Positions 25,680 to 33,492 of a DNA stretch of 46,482 bases are shown here, in pieces. Numbering within the stretch: the first letter of the stretch is position 1; the number at the start of each line of letters is the position of its first letter. The notes under the pieces are model-generated. The model was not told the origin of the DNA. It did no database searches and worked only from the letters and a program-made list of their open reading frames with translations. Origin of the DNA: a virus (taxonomy: Duplodnaviria > Caudoviricetes); the IMG/VR virus record IMGVR_UViG_3300037408_000472, positions 1-46,482 of that record; one strand, given 5' to 3'. The translations under genes were made by a program, and so were the position numbers.

Positions 25680-26551
25680 TCGACTGGACACCGGAGCGCA
25701 TCGCCTGGCTGCGGCGCGAGGCGCCACAGCGGCGCAGCAGTGAGCTTGCCGCCGAGCTCGCCGCCGAGCTCGGTTACCCGGTGTCGCGCGAGACAATCAA
25801 CTCGGCGAAGAAGCGCTACATGATCCGCACCAACCACCGCAAGGGCTGGGCCCGCGGCGACCCGAGCAATCCGCATCGGTTGTGGAGCGAGGAGCAACTG
25901 GACTGGCTGGCGCGCGCTTACCGCCAGGTGAAAGAGGCGGACATCCGCCCGCTGATGGACCGCGCCTTTCCCGGCCATGGCTTCACCGACGCCCAGATCG
26001 CCGGTGCGATCTCGCGCTACCGGCTGCGCAGCGGTCGCGACACCCGGATCAAGCCGGGCACGGTGCCGTGGAACAAGGGCCTCGCCGGCTACGAATGCGG
26101 CGGGCGTTCGCCTGAGACCCGTTTCCGGCCTGGCAACCAGCCGCCGACCTGGCAGCCGGTCGGCACCTACGTGCAGGACACCGAAGGGCTGTGGAAGCTC
26201 AAGGTCGCCGACGATCGCGACGCCCCGAGGTGGAAGAACTGGCGCTACGTGCACCGCCTGACGTGGGAGGCCGCGCACGGCCCGGTGCCGCGCGGGCACG
26301 CCGTGGTGTTTCTCGATGGCGACCAGGAACAGTGCTTTGATCCCGATAACCTGGCGTTGGTGCCGCGCGCGGTGCTGGTGCGCTTGAATCAGATGGATTG
26401 GCGCACCCAGGCCGCCGGCGACCGTGCCGTCGCCCGCGCCCTGATCGCGCTCGCCACCCTGCACCAAGGCGCACACAGCGCCGCACGCCGCGCGGACATT
26501 GGCTTGAGTGAGCGACGGCGCTTGCTACCCCGCAAGGGTGCGGCCGCGTGA
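25676..26551 (+). CDS. HNH endonuclease-family protein
   Basis: KPGTVPWNKG, TRFRPGNQP, YVHRLTWEAAHGPVP...DGD...DNL. Confidence 0.8.
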   Translation: MIDWTPERIAWLRREAPQRRSSELAAELAAELGYPVSRETINSAKKRYMIRTNHRKGWARGDPSNPHRLWSEEQLDWLARAYRQVKEADIRPLMDRAFPGHGFTDAQIAGAISRYRLRSGRDTRIKPGTVPWNKGLAGYECGGRSPETRFRPGNQPPTWQPVGTYVQDTEGLWKLKVADDRDAPRWKNWRYVHRLTWEAAHGPVPRGHAVVFLDGDQEQCFDPDNLALVPRAVLVRLNQMDWRTQAAGDRAVARALIALATLHQGAHSAARRADIGLSERRRLLPRKGAAA

Positions 26552-26748
26552 ACCTCTGCGCTACCTGCCACCTCGCTGGCCGCACCTGCCCGCGCTACGC
26601 GCCCGGAGAGGCGGTCGAGCTCTGCGTCGAGTACCAACCGAATAGCCGCCAGGCGCACCAGGAGGCGGTCGCGTATTACGCGTCCCGCTCGCGCTCATTC
26701 GAGCACTGGCAGTGCCTGGCGCGGCTGCTTCTGATGGAGGCGGAATGA
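26548..26748 (+). CDS. Hypothetical Cys-containing protein
   Basis: Coupled overlaps; CxxC...C...C. Confidence 0.55.
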   Translation: MNLCATCHLAGRTCPRYAPGEAVELCVEYQPNSRQAHQEAVAYYASRSRSFEHWQCLARLLLMEAE

Positions 26749-27107
26749 GCAAAAACGCCTTCCGGCTCACTCGTCCAGAGCCGTCCGAGCGTATTGTCTT
26801 GGCCTCGGTTTTGGAGGCGCTCGCATTCCACCCGCAAGTGGCTTGGGCAATGCGGATGAATACCGCGGCGGGAAGGCTGGCGTATCGCGACGGGAGCACC
26901 TCGCAATGGATGAAGTTCGGCTTCGTGGGCGCCGCGGACATTACCGGCCAATTGGTAGACGGCCGCCGCCTGGAGGTGGAGGTTAAGCGGCCAAGCGGTC
27001 GGCTACGGCCAGAGCAAGCGGCCTTCCTGGAGCGGGTACGTGAGGCGAACGGCGTGGCCTTCGTGGCGCGTGGCGTTGAGGATGTTTGGGAGCACTTGGG
27101 ACGATGA
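26745..27107 (+). CDS. VRR-NUC nuclease (putative resolvase)
   Basis: GAADITG...LEVEVKRPSGRLRPEQ. Confidence 0.85.
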   Translation: MSKNAFRLTRPEPSERIVLASVLEALAFHPQVAWAMRMNTAAGRLAYRDGSTSQWMKFGFVGAADITGQLVDGRRLEVEVKRPSGRLRPEQAAFLERVREANGVAFVARGVEDVWEHLGR

Positions 27108-27772
27108 GCACGACCTGGTTTCGACTGTACGCGGAAGCGGTAGACGACGAGAAGCTGCGCCTGCTCGCCTTCGAGGATCGCTGGCACTACGTCGCGCTGC
27201 TGTGCTGCCAGGCACAGGGGCTGCTCGATCCCGACGACCCGCTCATGCTGCGCAAGGTGGCCGTGAAGCTCGGCCTTCAGGTGACCGAGGCAGAGAAGGC
27301 CGTCGCACGTCTGGCTGAGGTCGGCCTGATCGATCCCGACACGCTGCACCCGCTCGGCTGGGAGAAAAGGCAATATCTCTCAGACACTTCCACGGATCGC
27401 GTGCGCAAGTACCGGGACAAGAAACGCAGTGAAACGTTACAGCAACGTTCCGAAACGGTTTCTGTAACGCCCCCAGATACAGATACAGATACAGATATAA
27501 CCCCTAAATCCCCTTTCGGCGCTGACGCGCCAAAGGGGACTTTCTCGTCTGAGACACAAACCCCTAGGGAGACCGGGACCAACCCCAGGGCGAAGGGACG
27601 CAACCCGCGCGCCAAGGCCGACAGGCCAACACCACGCGAGCGGATCAACCTCTGCGACGACCGCGCCGTCGCTGCCGCCTTCCGCCAGCACTTCGGTAAA
27701 GACCCGCCGCCAGGGAAGACCCTGAAGGAATGCCGCACGCTCTTCTGGCAACGCTACCGAGAGGCAAGCTGA
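27104..27772 (+). CDS. Replication initiator (replisome organiser-like)
   Basis: WFRLYAEAVDDEKL, GWEKRQ..SDTSTDRVRKYR, PDTDTDTD linker. Confidence 0.75.
   Translation: MSTTWFRLYAEAVDDEKLRLLAFEDRWHYVALLCCQAQGLLDPDDPLMLRKVAVKLGLQVTEAEKAVARLAEVGLIDPDTLHPLGWEKRQYLSDTSTDRVRKYRDKKRSETLQQRSETVSVTPPDTDTDTDITPKSPFGADAPKGTFSSETQTPRETGTNPRAKGRNPRAKADRPTPRERINLCDDRAVAAAFRQHFGKDPPPGKTLKECRTLFWQRYREAS
27421..27500 (+). repeat. Iteron-like repeats, putative origin inside the initiator gene
   Basis: GAAACG/xAACG repeated at roughly 10-11-bp spacing, followed by (CAGATA)x4. Confidence 0.5.
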
Positions 27773-28059
27773 TGACGATCCTGAAACGCATCGTGGCCGT
27801 AGTCGGCGAGTACCAGGCCAACGATGGCACGATGAAGAAACGCTACCGCACGATCGGCCACCTTCACGAAGGCAAGTACGGCCAATACCTGACGCTCGAC
27901 GCCTTGACTAATCTGGCCGCCATTCCAAGGCGAGAAGGCGACGACCGAGTGACGGCCAACCTGTACGACCCGGAAGAGCGCGATCAACGCCGAGCCGAGC
28001 CAAGCCAACCGGCGGCCGAGAAGCCGAAAGCGGACTTCGACGATGACCTTCCCTTCTGA
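27772..28059 (+). CDS. Putative ssDNA-binding protein
   Basis: OB-like N-terminus (GEYQ..DG..KKRYRTIG); acidic tail DFDDDLPF. Confidence 0.7.
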   Translation: MTILKRIVAVVGEYQANDGTMKKRYRTIGHLHEGKYGQYLTLDALTNLAAIPRREGDDRVTANLYDPEERDQRRAEPSQPAAEKPKADFDDDLPF

Positions 28060-28174
28060 CCTACCCTGCGAGCACCCGCAGTGCACCGAGCCTGCCACGC
28101 TCTGCCGTGAGGACGAGCAGGGTGAGCACTGGTATTGCGCCGACCACTACGGCGAGGAGGACGAGACATGCTGA
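28043..28174 (+). CDS. Zinc-finger mini-protein (43 aa)
   Basis: MTFPSDLPCEHPQCTEPATLC...HWYCADHY spans the gap and overlaps both neighbours; not in the ORF track. Confidence 0.45.
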   Translation: MTFPSDLPCEHPQCTEPATLCREDEQGEHWYCADHYGEEDETC

Positions 28175-28779
28175 GCATTACCGTGGACACCCGCGCTGTG
28201 AGCGCCATGCTCAAGGCGTTGCCGAAAGAGATCGAGATCGCCACACGCGGTGCGCTGAATGACACCGCCAAGCATATTCGCTCGGAAGCGAGCAAAGACA
28301 TTCGCGCCAAGTGGAATATCAAGAAGATGGACCTTGACCCGTACTTCCGAATTCAGCAGGCCACCCGCGCCAAGCTGGAAGCGGAAGTCTCGATGAAGGC
28401 GAAGCCAATCCCGGTCTCGAAGTTCAGCCCGACACAGACCAAGCGCGGCGTGTCGGTTGCGATCCTTAAGGGCCGAAAGAAGATCCTGAAAGGTGCGTTC
28501 TTCGCCACCATGGGCAGCGGCCATCGCGGTGTGTTCCGCCGTGGCGCCAAGTCCCGCAAGCAGGGAAGGCCATACAGCAGCCTGCCAGCGCGGGAAGTGA
28601 AGACCGGTAAGTGGGCCGGCACCGCCTACCGGCCAGCGCTGCCGATCATCGAGCAGGTGGTGATCTCGCCGGTGACTATGTGGCAGGCCATCATCGAGAA
28701 GCATCGTCGCGAGGCCGAGTCGTTCGCGGTGCGTCGGCTGCGTGGCCGGCTCGAATCGCTGATCGCCAAACGTCGATGA
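28168..28779 (+). CDS. gpZ-like (minor tail Z family) basic protein
   Basis: GAGGAGG RBS; GALNDTAK, GAFFATMGSGHRGVFRR, LPIIE. Confidence 0.7.
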   Translation: MLSITVDTRAVSAMLKALPKEIEIATRGALNDTAKHIRSEASKDIRAKWNIKKMDLDPYFRIQQATRAKLEAEVSMKAKPIPVSKFSPTQTKRGVSVAILKGRKKILKGAFFATMGSGHRGVFRRGAKSRKQGRPYSSLPAREVKTGKWAGTAYRPALPIIEQVVISPVTMWQAIIEKHRREAESFAVRRLRGRLESLIAKRR

Positions 28780-28783
28780 GCGC

Positions 28784-28835
28784 GGGTCCTTCCCGGCAGT
28801 CTGACGTGCGGGTGGCAAAGCGCGCGGAATCGCGC
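28784..28835 (+). other. Putative lambda-like cos site (cosQ plus cosN)
   Basis: GGGTCCT (lambda cosQ) then GTGCG-GGTGGCAAAGCG-CGCGG, resembling lambda TTACG-GGGCGGCGACCT-CGCGG; just upstream of terS. Confidence 0.65.
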
Positions 28836-28854
28836 TAGTGACAGAGCGCCCTAA

Positions 28855-29340
28855 GTGACAGACGCAAAGACACTGACCCAGCACCAGGCCGCCGAGATCC
28901 TCGGACTGACGCTGCGTCACTTCCAGCGCCTGGCACGCGAGCCGGATGCGCCGCCCAAACTCACCAACGTCAACGGCCGCGCCACTGGCTTTTCCTGCCG
29001 CGCTTTCGGCAAATGGCTGCGCGTCCGCTGGGCGGCCGAGCTGGGCGTTGATAGCACCGGCAAGGTCTATGACGAGAAGCTGGAGCGCGCGCGCCTACTG
29101 CACCACCAAGCCAATATCGCCGCGCTGGATGAGGCGGTGAAGCAGAAGCGGCTGATCCCGGCCGACGTGGTGCTCGATCGCTGGGACCAGATCGGCGGGA
29201 ACGTGCGCGCCAAACTGTTATCGCTGCCGACCCAGTTGGCGGCGACCTGTGCCGGCCTCTCGCGCGACGAGATCGAAGAGAAGGCCGGCGACTTGATCCG
29301 GCAGGCGCTCGATGAGCTCAGCGCAGACCCTGCTTATTGA
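28855..29340 (+). CDS. terS: Terminase small subunit (Nu1-like)
   Basis: N-terminal HTH (QHQAAEILGLTLRHFQRL), ERARL, KLLSLP; overlaps terL. Confidence 0.85.
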   Translation: MTDAKTLTQHQAAEILGLTLRHFQRLAREPDAPPKLTNVNGRATGFSCRAFGKWLRVRWAAELGVDSTGKVYDEKLERARLLHHQANIAALDEAVKQKRLIPADVVLDRWDQIGGNVRAKLLSLPTQLAATCAGLSRDEIEEKAGDLIRQALDELSADPAY

Positions 29341-31132
29341 CGACCTGCACCGGCGCCACCGTGCCGTCTATCGGCCGCCGCCGAAGCTCACTGTCGCGCA
29401 GTGGGCGGACGCCTATCGGCGCCTGTCGCCGGAAGCCTCGGCCGAGCCGGGTCGCTGGCACACCGCACGCGCGGCCTATCAGCGCGGGATCATGGATGCG
29501 CTCAATGACCCGCACGCCGAGCAGATCGTGGTGATGAGCTCGGCGCAGGTGGGTAAGACCGAGGTGCTGCTCAATATCGTCGGCTATTACATCCACCAAG
29601 ACCCGTCACCGATCCTGCTATTGCAGCCGACCTTGGACATGGCGAAGGCATTCTCAAAAGACCGCCTCGCGCCTATGGTGCGCGATACACCCTCATTGCG
29701 TGGCAAGGTGAAAGACGCACGCTCGCGGGACAGCGACAACACCATCCTGCACAAGCAATTCCCTGGCGGCCATATCACCATTGCCGGCGCCAATAGTCCG
29801 GCCTCGCTCGCCTCGCGGCCGATTCGCGTCGTGCTCTGCGACGAGGTGGATCGGTACCCGCCATCGGTCGGCACCGAGGGCGATCCTGTGAATCTGGCGC
29901 GAAAACGCACCGCGACCTTCCACAATCGGCGAATCGTGCTCACTTCGACGCCAACCACGCGCCATTTCAGCCGAATCGAGACCGCCTACGAGCAGAGTGA
30001 CCGGCGCCACTACCTGGTGCCGTGCCCGGCGTGCGGTCACCGCCAGCGCCTGACCTGGGAGCTGGTGCGCTGGCCGGACGGTGCGCCGGACGAGGCGGCG
30101 ATCCACTGCGGCGAGTGCGACGCGCGCTGGTCGGAGGCGCAGCGCCAGAAGGCCATCGCGCACGGCCAGTGGCAGGCCACGGCAGATTTTCGCGGCGTGG
30201 CTGGCTTCCACCTCTCCGAGCTCTACTCGCCTTGGTCAACCCCGGCGGACGTGGCGCGCGGCTTCCTGGAGGCCAAGGCCGGCGGCCCCGAGCTGCTCAA
30301 GACCTGGGTCAACACCTCGCTCGGTGAGTCCTGGGAGGAGGACGGCGAGGGCGTCGAGCCGCACGCGCTGGAGCGCCGGGTGGAGGACTGGGGCGAGCTT
30401 GCGCCAGCCGGCGTGCTGGCGGTCACCATCGGCGTGGACGTGCAGGCCGACCGCCTGGAGCTGGAGATCGTCGGTTGGGGCGTGGGCGAGGAGTCCTGGT
30501 CGCTCGACTACCAGGTGCTGATTGGCGAGCCGGTCAACGACGAGGTCTGGCAGGAGCTCGCCGAGGTCGTCACCGCGCGGATTCCAACCGCCGACGGTCG
30601 CAGCCTGACGCCGGCTGGCGTGGTAGTGGACAGCGGCTACCTGCCCAAACGCGTCTACGCATTCACCCGCGGCCGTCGCTATGCCTGGCCGGCGAAAGGC
30701 ATGGCTGGACCTGGGAAGCCTGTAGCCGAGACCGGCGCTCGTCGGCTGCGCCGGCAGGCCCGCAGCGACCGCACCGGCGACGCCAAACCAGAGCCGATCG
30801 GCGTGGACGAGGCCAAGGCGATCCTCTACCGGCGGCTCAGCATGAGCACGCCAGGTCCCGGTTATTGCCACTTCCCGGCGCGCGACACCGAGTACTTCCT
30901 CCAACTCACCGCCGAGAAGCGCGTCCTGCGCTACCGCCGCGGTGTGCCCTATCCCGAGTGGATCGCCACCCGGCCGCGCAACGAGGCGCTCGACTGCCGC
31001 GTTTACGCCTATGCCGCGTTGCTGCTGTCGCGTGCCAAGTTGGAGCCGCCACCACCCGAGCCGCAGAAACCCGCCCAAGACCCGCGCCTGGCCAAGCGCC
31101 GGCGCAACTTCGTCACCGGCTGGCGGCCCTGA
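29312..31132 (+). CDS. terL: Terminase large subunit (gpA family)
   Basis: SAQVGKTE Walker A, DEVDRYP, STPT, CPAC, GVDVQ, RNEALDCRVYA. Confidence 0.95.
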   Translation: MSSAQTLLIDDLHRRHRAVYRPPPKLTVAQWADAYRRLSPEASAEPGRWHTARAAYQRGIMDALNDPHAEQIVVMSSAQVGKTEVLLNIVGYYIHQDPSPILLLQPTLDMAKAFSKDRLAPMVRDTPSLRGKVKDARSRDSDNTILHKQFPGGHITIAGANSPASLASRPIRVVLCDEVDRYPPSVGTEGDPVNLARKRTATFHNRRIVLTSTPTTRHFSRIETAYEQSDRRHYLVPCPACGHRQRLTWELVRWPDGAPDEAAIHCGECDARWSEAQRQKAIAHGQWQATADFRGVAGFHLSELYSPWSTPADVARGFLEAKAGGPELLKTWVNTSLGESWEEDGEGVEPHALERRVEDWGELAPAGVLAVTIGVDVQADRLELEIVGWGVGEESWSLDYQVLIGEPVNDEVWQELAEVVTARIPTADGRSLTPAGVVVDSGYLPKRVYAFTRGRRYAWPAKGMAGPGKPVAETGARRLRRQARSDRTGDAKPEPIGVDEAKAILYRRLSMSTPGPGYCHFPARDTEYFLQLTAEKRVLRYRRGVPYPEWIATRPRNEALDCRVYAYAALLLSRAKLEPPPPEPQKPAQDPRLAKRRRNFVTGWRP

Positions 31133-31135
31133 GCG

Positions 31136-31360
31136 GTGGCGGCGCTGTTCGAGGACCTGCGCCGCCTGCTCGGACCCCGCGCGGTCAACGCGCAGGAGCT
31201 CTGCGAGCTGCTCGCCGAGCACTACGGCGGCGAGCGGATCTACGTCCCCAAGGTGTGCGACCGCCCGACGGTCGAGCCGCACGATACGCCGAAGAGCCTG
31301 ATCGCCAAGGGCGTGCGCCGCAGCACTGCCTACAACTGGGTGACGCGCTGGCGGCCGTAA
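31136..31360 (+). CDS. Mor/C-family transcription activator-like protein
   Basis: LAEHYGGERIYVPK plus a C-terminal HTH (GVRRSTAYNW). Confidence 0.7.
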   Translation: MAALFEDLRRLLGPRAVNAQELCELLAEHYGGERIYVPKVCDRPTVEPHDTPKSLIAKGVRRSTAYNWVTRWRP

Positions 31361-31363
31361 AAA

Positions 31364-31406
31364 GTCCAACTTTTGCCTATTTTTTGGACAGGCCGGCCGG
31401 TAGGGT
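31364..31406 (+). promoter_or_regulatory. Putative activator-dependent late promoter
   Basis: GTCCAA-N14(T-rich)-TTGGAC dyad, then TAGGGT ending 7 nt before ATG 31413. Confidence 0.5.
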
Positions 31407-31412
31407 GCCGGC

Positions 31413-31976
31413 ATGGCGAGGACCCGACCCACCAGTGAGCCGAGTAGCCTGCGCGCGGGCGAGACCTGGGACTGGGAGCGCACGCTCTCGGACTACCCGG
31501 CCGCCGAGTGGACGCTGAGCTACACCTTCACCAACGCGACCGCAAAGATCGCGATTACCGCCAGCGCCGACGGCGACACCCACGTCGTCACCGTGGCCAA
31601 GGCGACCACCGCCGCCTACGCCGCCGGCCGTTACGACGGCTTCGCGCAAGTCACCGACGGGACCGAGACCTACGGGGTCTGGTCCGGCGTGCTGGAGGTC
31701 CTGCCGGACCTCGCCAGCGCCACCGCCTACGACGGGCGCAGCGTCGCGCGCCAGTGCTACGACGCCCTGACCGCGATCCTCACCGGGCGCAGCAGCGCGG
31801 AGGATTGGGCGCTGGTGCAGGCGAGCATCGGCGATCGCGCGCAATCGCTCGACCAGGCCGAGCTGCGCAAGTGGCTCAACTTCTTCGCCGCCCAGGTCAA
31901 GGCTGAGGACGACGCCCTGCGCATCGCCCGCGGCGAGGGCTTGGGCCGGCTGTTCCAGGTGCGCTTCGGTGGCTAG
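31413..31976 (+). CDS. Head-to-tail joining/adaptor protein (gpW position)
   Basis: EPSSLRAGETWDW...YPAAEWTLSY and ASIGDRAQ motifs; between terL and portal. Confidence 0.7.
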   Translation: MARTRPTSEPSSLRAGETWDWERTLSDYPAAEWTLSYTFTNATAKIAITASADGDTHVVTVAKATTAAYAAGRYDGFAQVTDGTETYGVWSGVLEVLPDLASATAYDGRSVARQCYDALTAILTGRSSAEDWALVQASIGDRAQSLDQAELRKWLNFFAAQVKAEDDALRIARGEGLGRLFQVRFGG

Positions 31977-33492
31977 CCCCGCGCGCAAGGTCATCCCCTT
32001 CCCCGCCGCGGCCGAGCGGCAGTGGAAATCCGCCAGCCTCACCGGCCTGACCTTCGACTGGGGCACTACCACGCGCCCCATCGATGCCGACATCCGTACC
32101 GCGCTGACGGCGATCCGCGCCCGCGCGCGCCACCTGGCGCAAAACAGCGACCACGCCAAGGGCTTCCTGCGCATCGTGCGCAACAACGTCGTGGGCGCCG
32201 AGGGCTACGTGCTGCAAAGCCGGGCGCAGACCCCGCGCGGCAAGCCAGACAGCCGCCTGCGCGAGCAGGTCGAGGCCGAGTGGCGCGCCTGGTGTCGGCG
32301 CGGGGTGTGCGAGGTCTCCGGGCGGTTCTCCTGGCGCGAGCTGCAGCGGCACGTCATCGAGACCGTGGCGCGCGACGGCGAGGCGTTCCTACGACTGGTG
32401 GACGTCGACAACCCCTGGCGGCTGGCGCTGCAGGTGATCGACCCGGAGACCATCGACACCCAGTACACCGGCGAGTATCAGGGCCGCGCGGTGCGCATGG
32501 GCGTGGAGATGGACGACTACCGTCGCCCCATCGCTTACCACCTGTATGGCGAGCCGCCGGTCAACCAATCGAGCTACCGCACCGGGACCGACCGCTACCG
32601 CCTGCCGGCCAGCGAGCTACTGCACATCTACCTGCCCGAGTTCGCCTGGCAGACCCGCGGCGTGTCCTGGCTGGCAGTGGCCGCCTGGCGCTTGAACATG
32701 CTCACGGCCACCGAGGATGCGGAGGTGACCGCCGCTCGCGCCAGTGCCAGCAAGTTCGCGGCCTATGAGGCGCAGGAGTGGGCCGCCCCTCCGCAGCCTG
32801 CCGCGCCCGGCCTGGTGGACGCCAACGGCCAACCGCTGACCACCGATCCGGGCAGCTTCGCCCAGGACATCAAGGAGGGCTCGATGGAAGTCGTGCCCTA
32901 TGGGTACAAGCTCAACCTGCTCGACCCGCAGCACCCCAACGGCGAGATGCCGGCCTTCCTGAAGTGGGGCCTGCGCAGCATCGCGACCGGCACGGGCGTC
33001 AGCTACAACACCCTGGGCAACGACGCCGAGGGCGTGAACTACACCTCGCTCCGCTTCTTCCTCGGTGTTGAGCGCGACCTGTGGCGCGAGCGTCAAGACT
33101 GGTTCGAGGGCGAGCTGCCGCAGCCGGTGTTCGACGCCTGGCGCGCCAACGCCGTGATGCTCGGGCGCCTCACCCCGCGCCCCAACCATCCCGACGAGCT
33201 CGCCCGCGTGCACTGGCAGCCACGCCGCTGGGAGGGACCCGACCCCGCCAAGCAGGCGCAGGCCGACCAGCAGGACCTCGCCAACGGCACCACCACGCTG
33301 ACCGAGATCCTGGCGCGCAAGGGCCGGGACTTCGACGACCACCTGGCCGAAAAAATCAACGAGCTGGCGCGCATCAAGCAGGCCGCGGAGTCCGCCGGCC
33401 TCACGCTCGGCGAGCTGCTGCCGTATCTCGCCGCCAGTGCTGCCCCGACCGCCCGCGCGGAGGACGATCCCGATGCCTATCCAGACGACTGA
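31969..33492 (+). CDS. Portal protein, lambda family
   Basis: IRARARHLAQN, VARDGEAF, RMGVEMD..RRPIAYH, QTRGV, GVNYTSLR, DPAKQ. Confidence 0.95.
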   Translation: MASPARKVIPFPAAAERQWKSASLTGLTFDWGTTTRPIDADIRTALTAIRARARHLAQNSDHAKGFLRIVRNNVVGAEGYVLQSRAQTPRGKPDSRLREQVEAEWRAWCRRGVCEVSGRFSWRELQRHVIETVARDGEAFLRLVDVDNPWRLALQVIDPETIDTQYTGEYQGRAVRMGVEMDDYRRPIAYHLYGEPPVNQSSYRTGTDRYRLPASELLHIYLPEFAWQTRGVSWLAVAAWRLNMLTATEDAEVTAARASASKFAAYEAQEWAAPPQPAAPGLVDANGQPLTTDPGSFAQDIKEGSMEVVPYGYKLNLLDPQHPNGEMPAFLKWGLRSIATGTGVSYNTLGNDAEGVNYTSLRFFLGVERDLWRERQDWFEGELPQPVFDAWRANAVMLGRLTPRPNHPDELARVHWQPRRWEGPDPAKQAQADQQDLANGTTTLTEILARKGRDFDDHLAEKINELARIKQAAESAGLTLGELLPYLAASAAPTARAEDDPDAYPDD

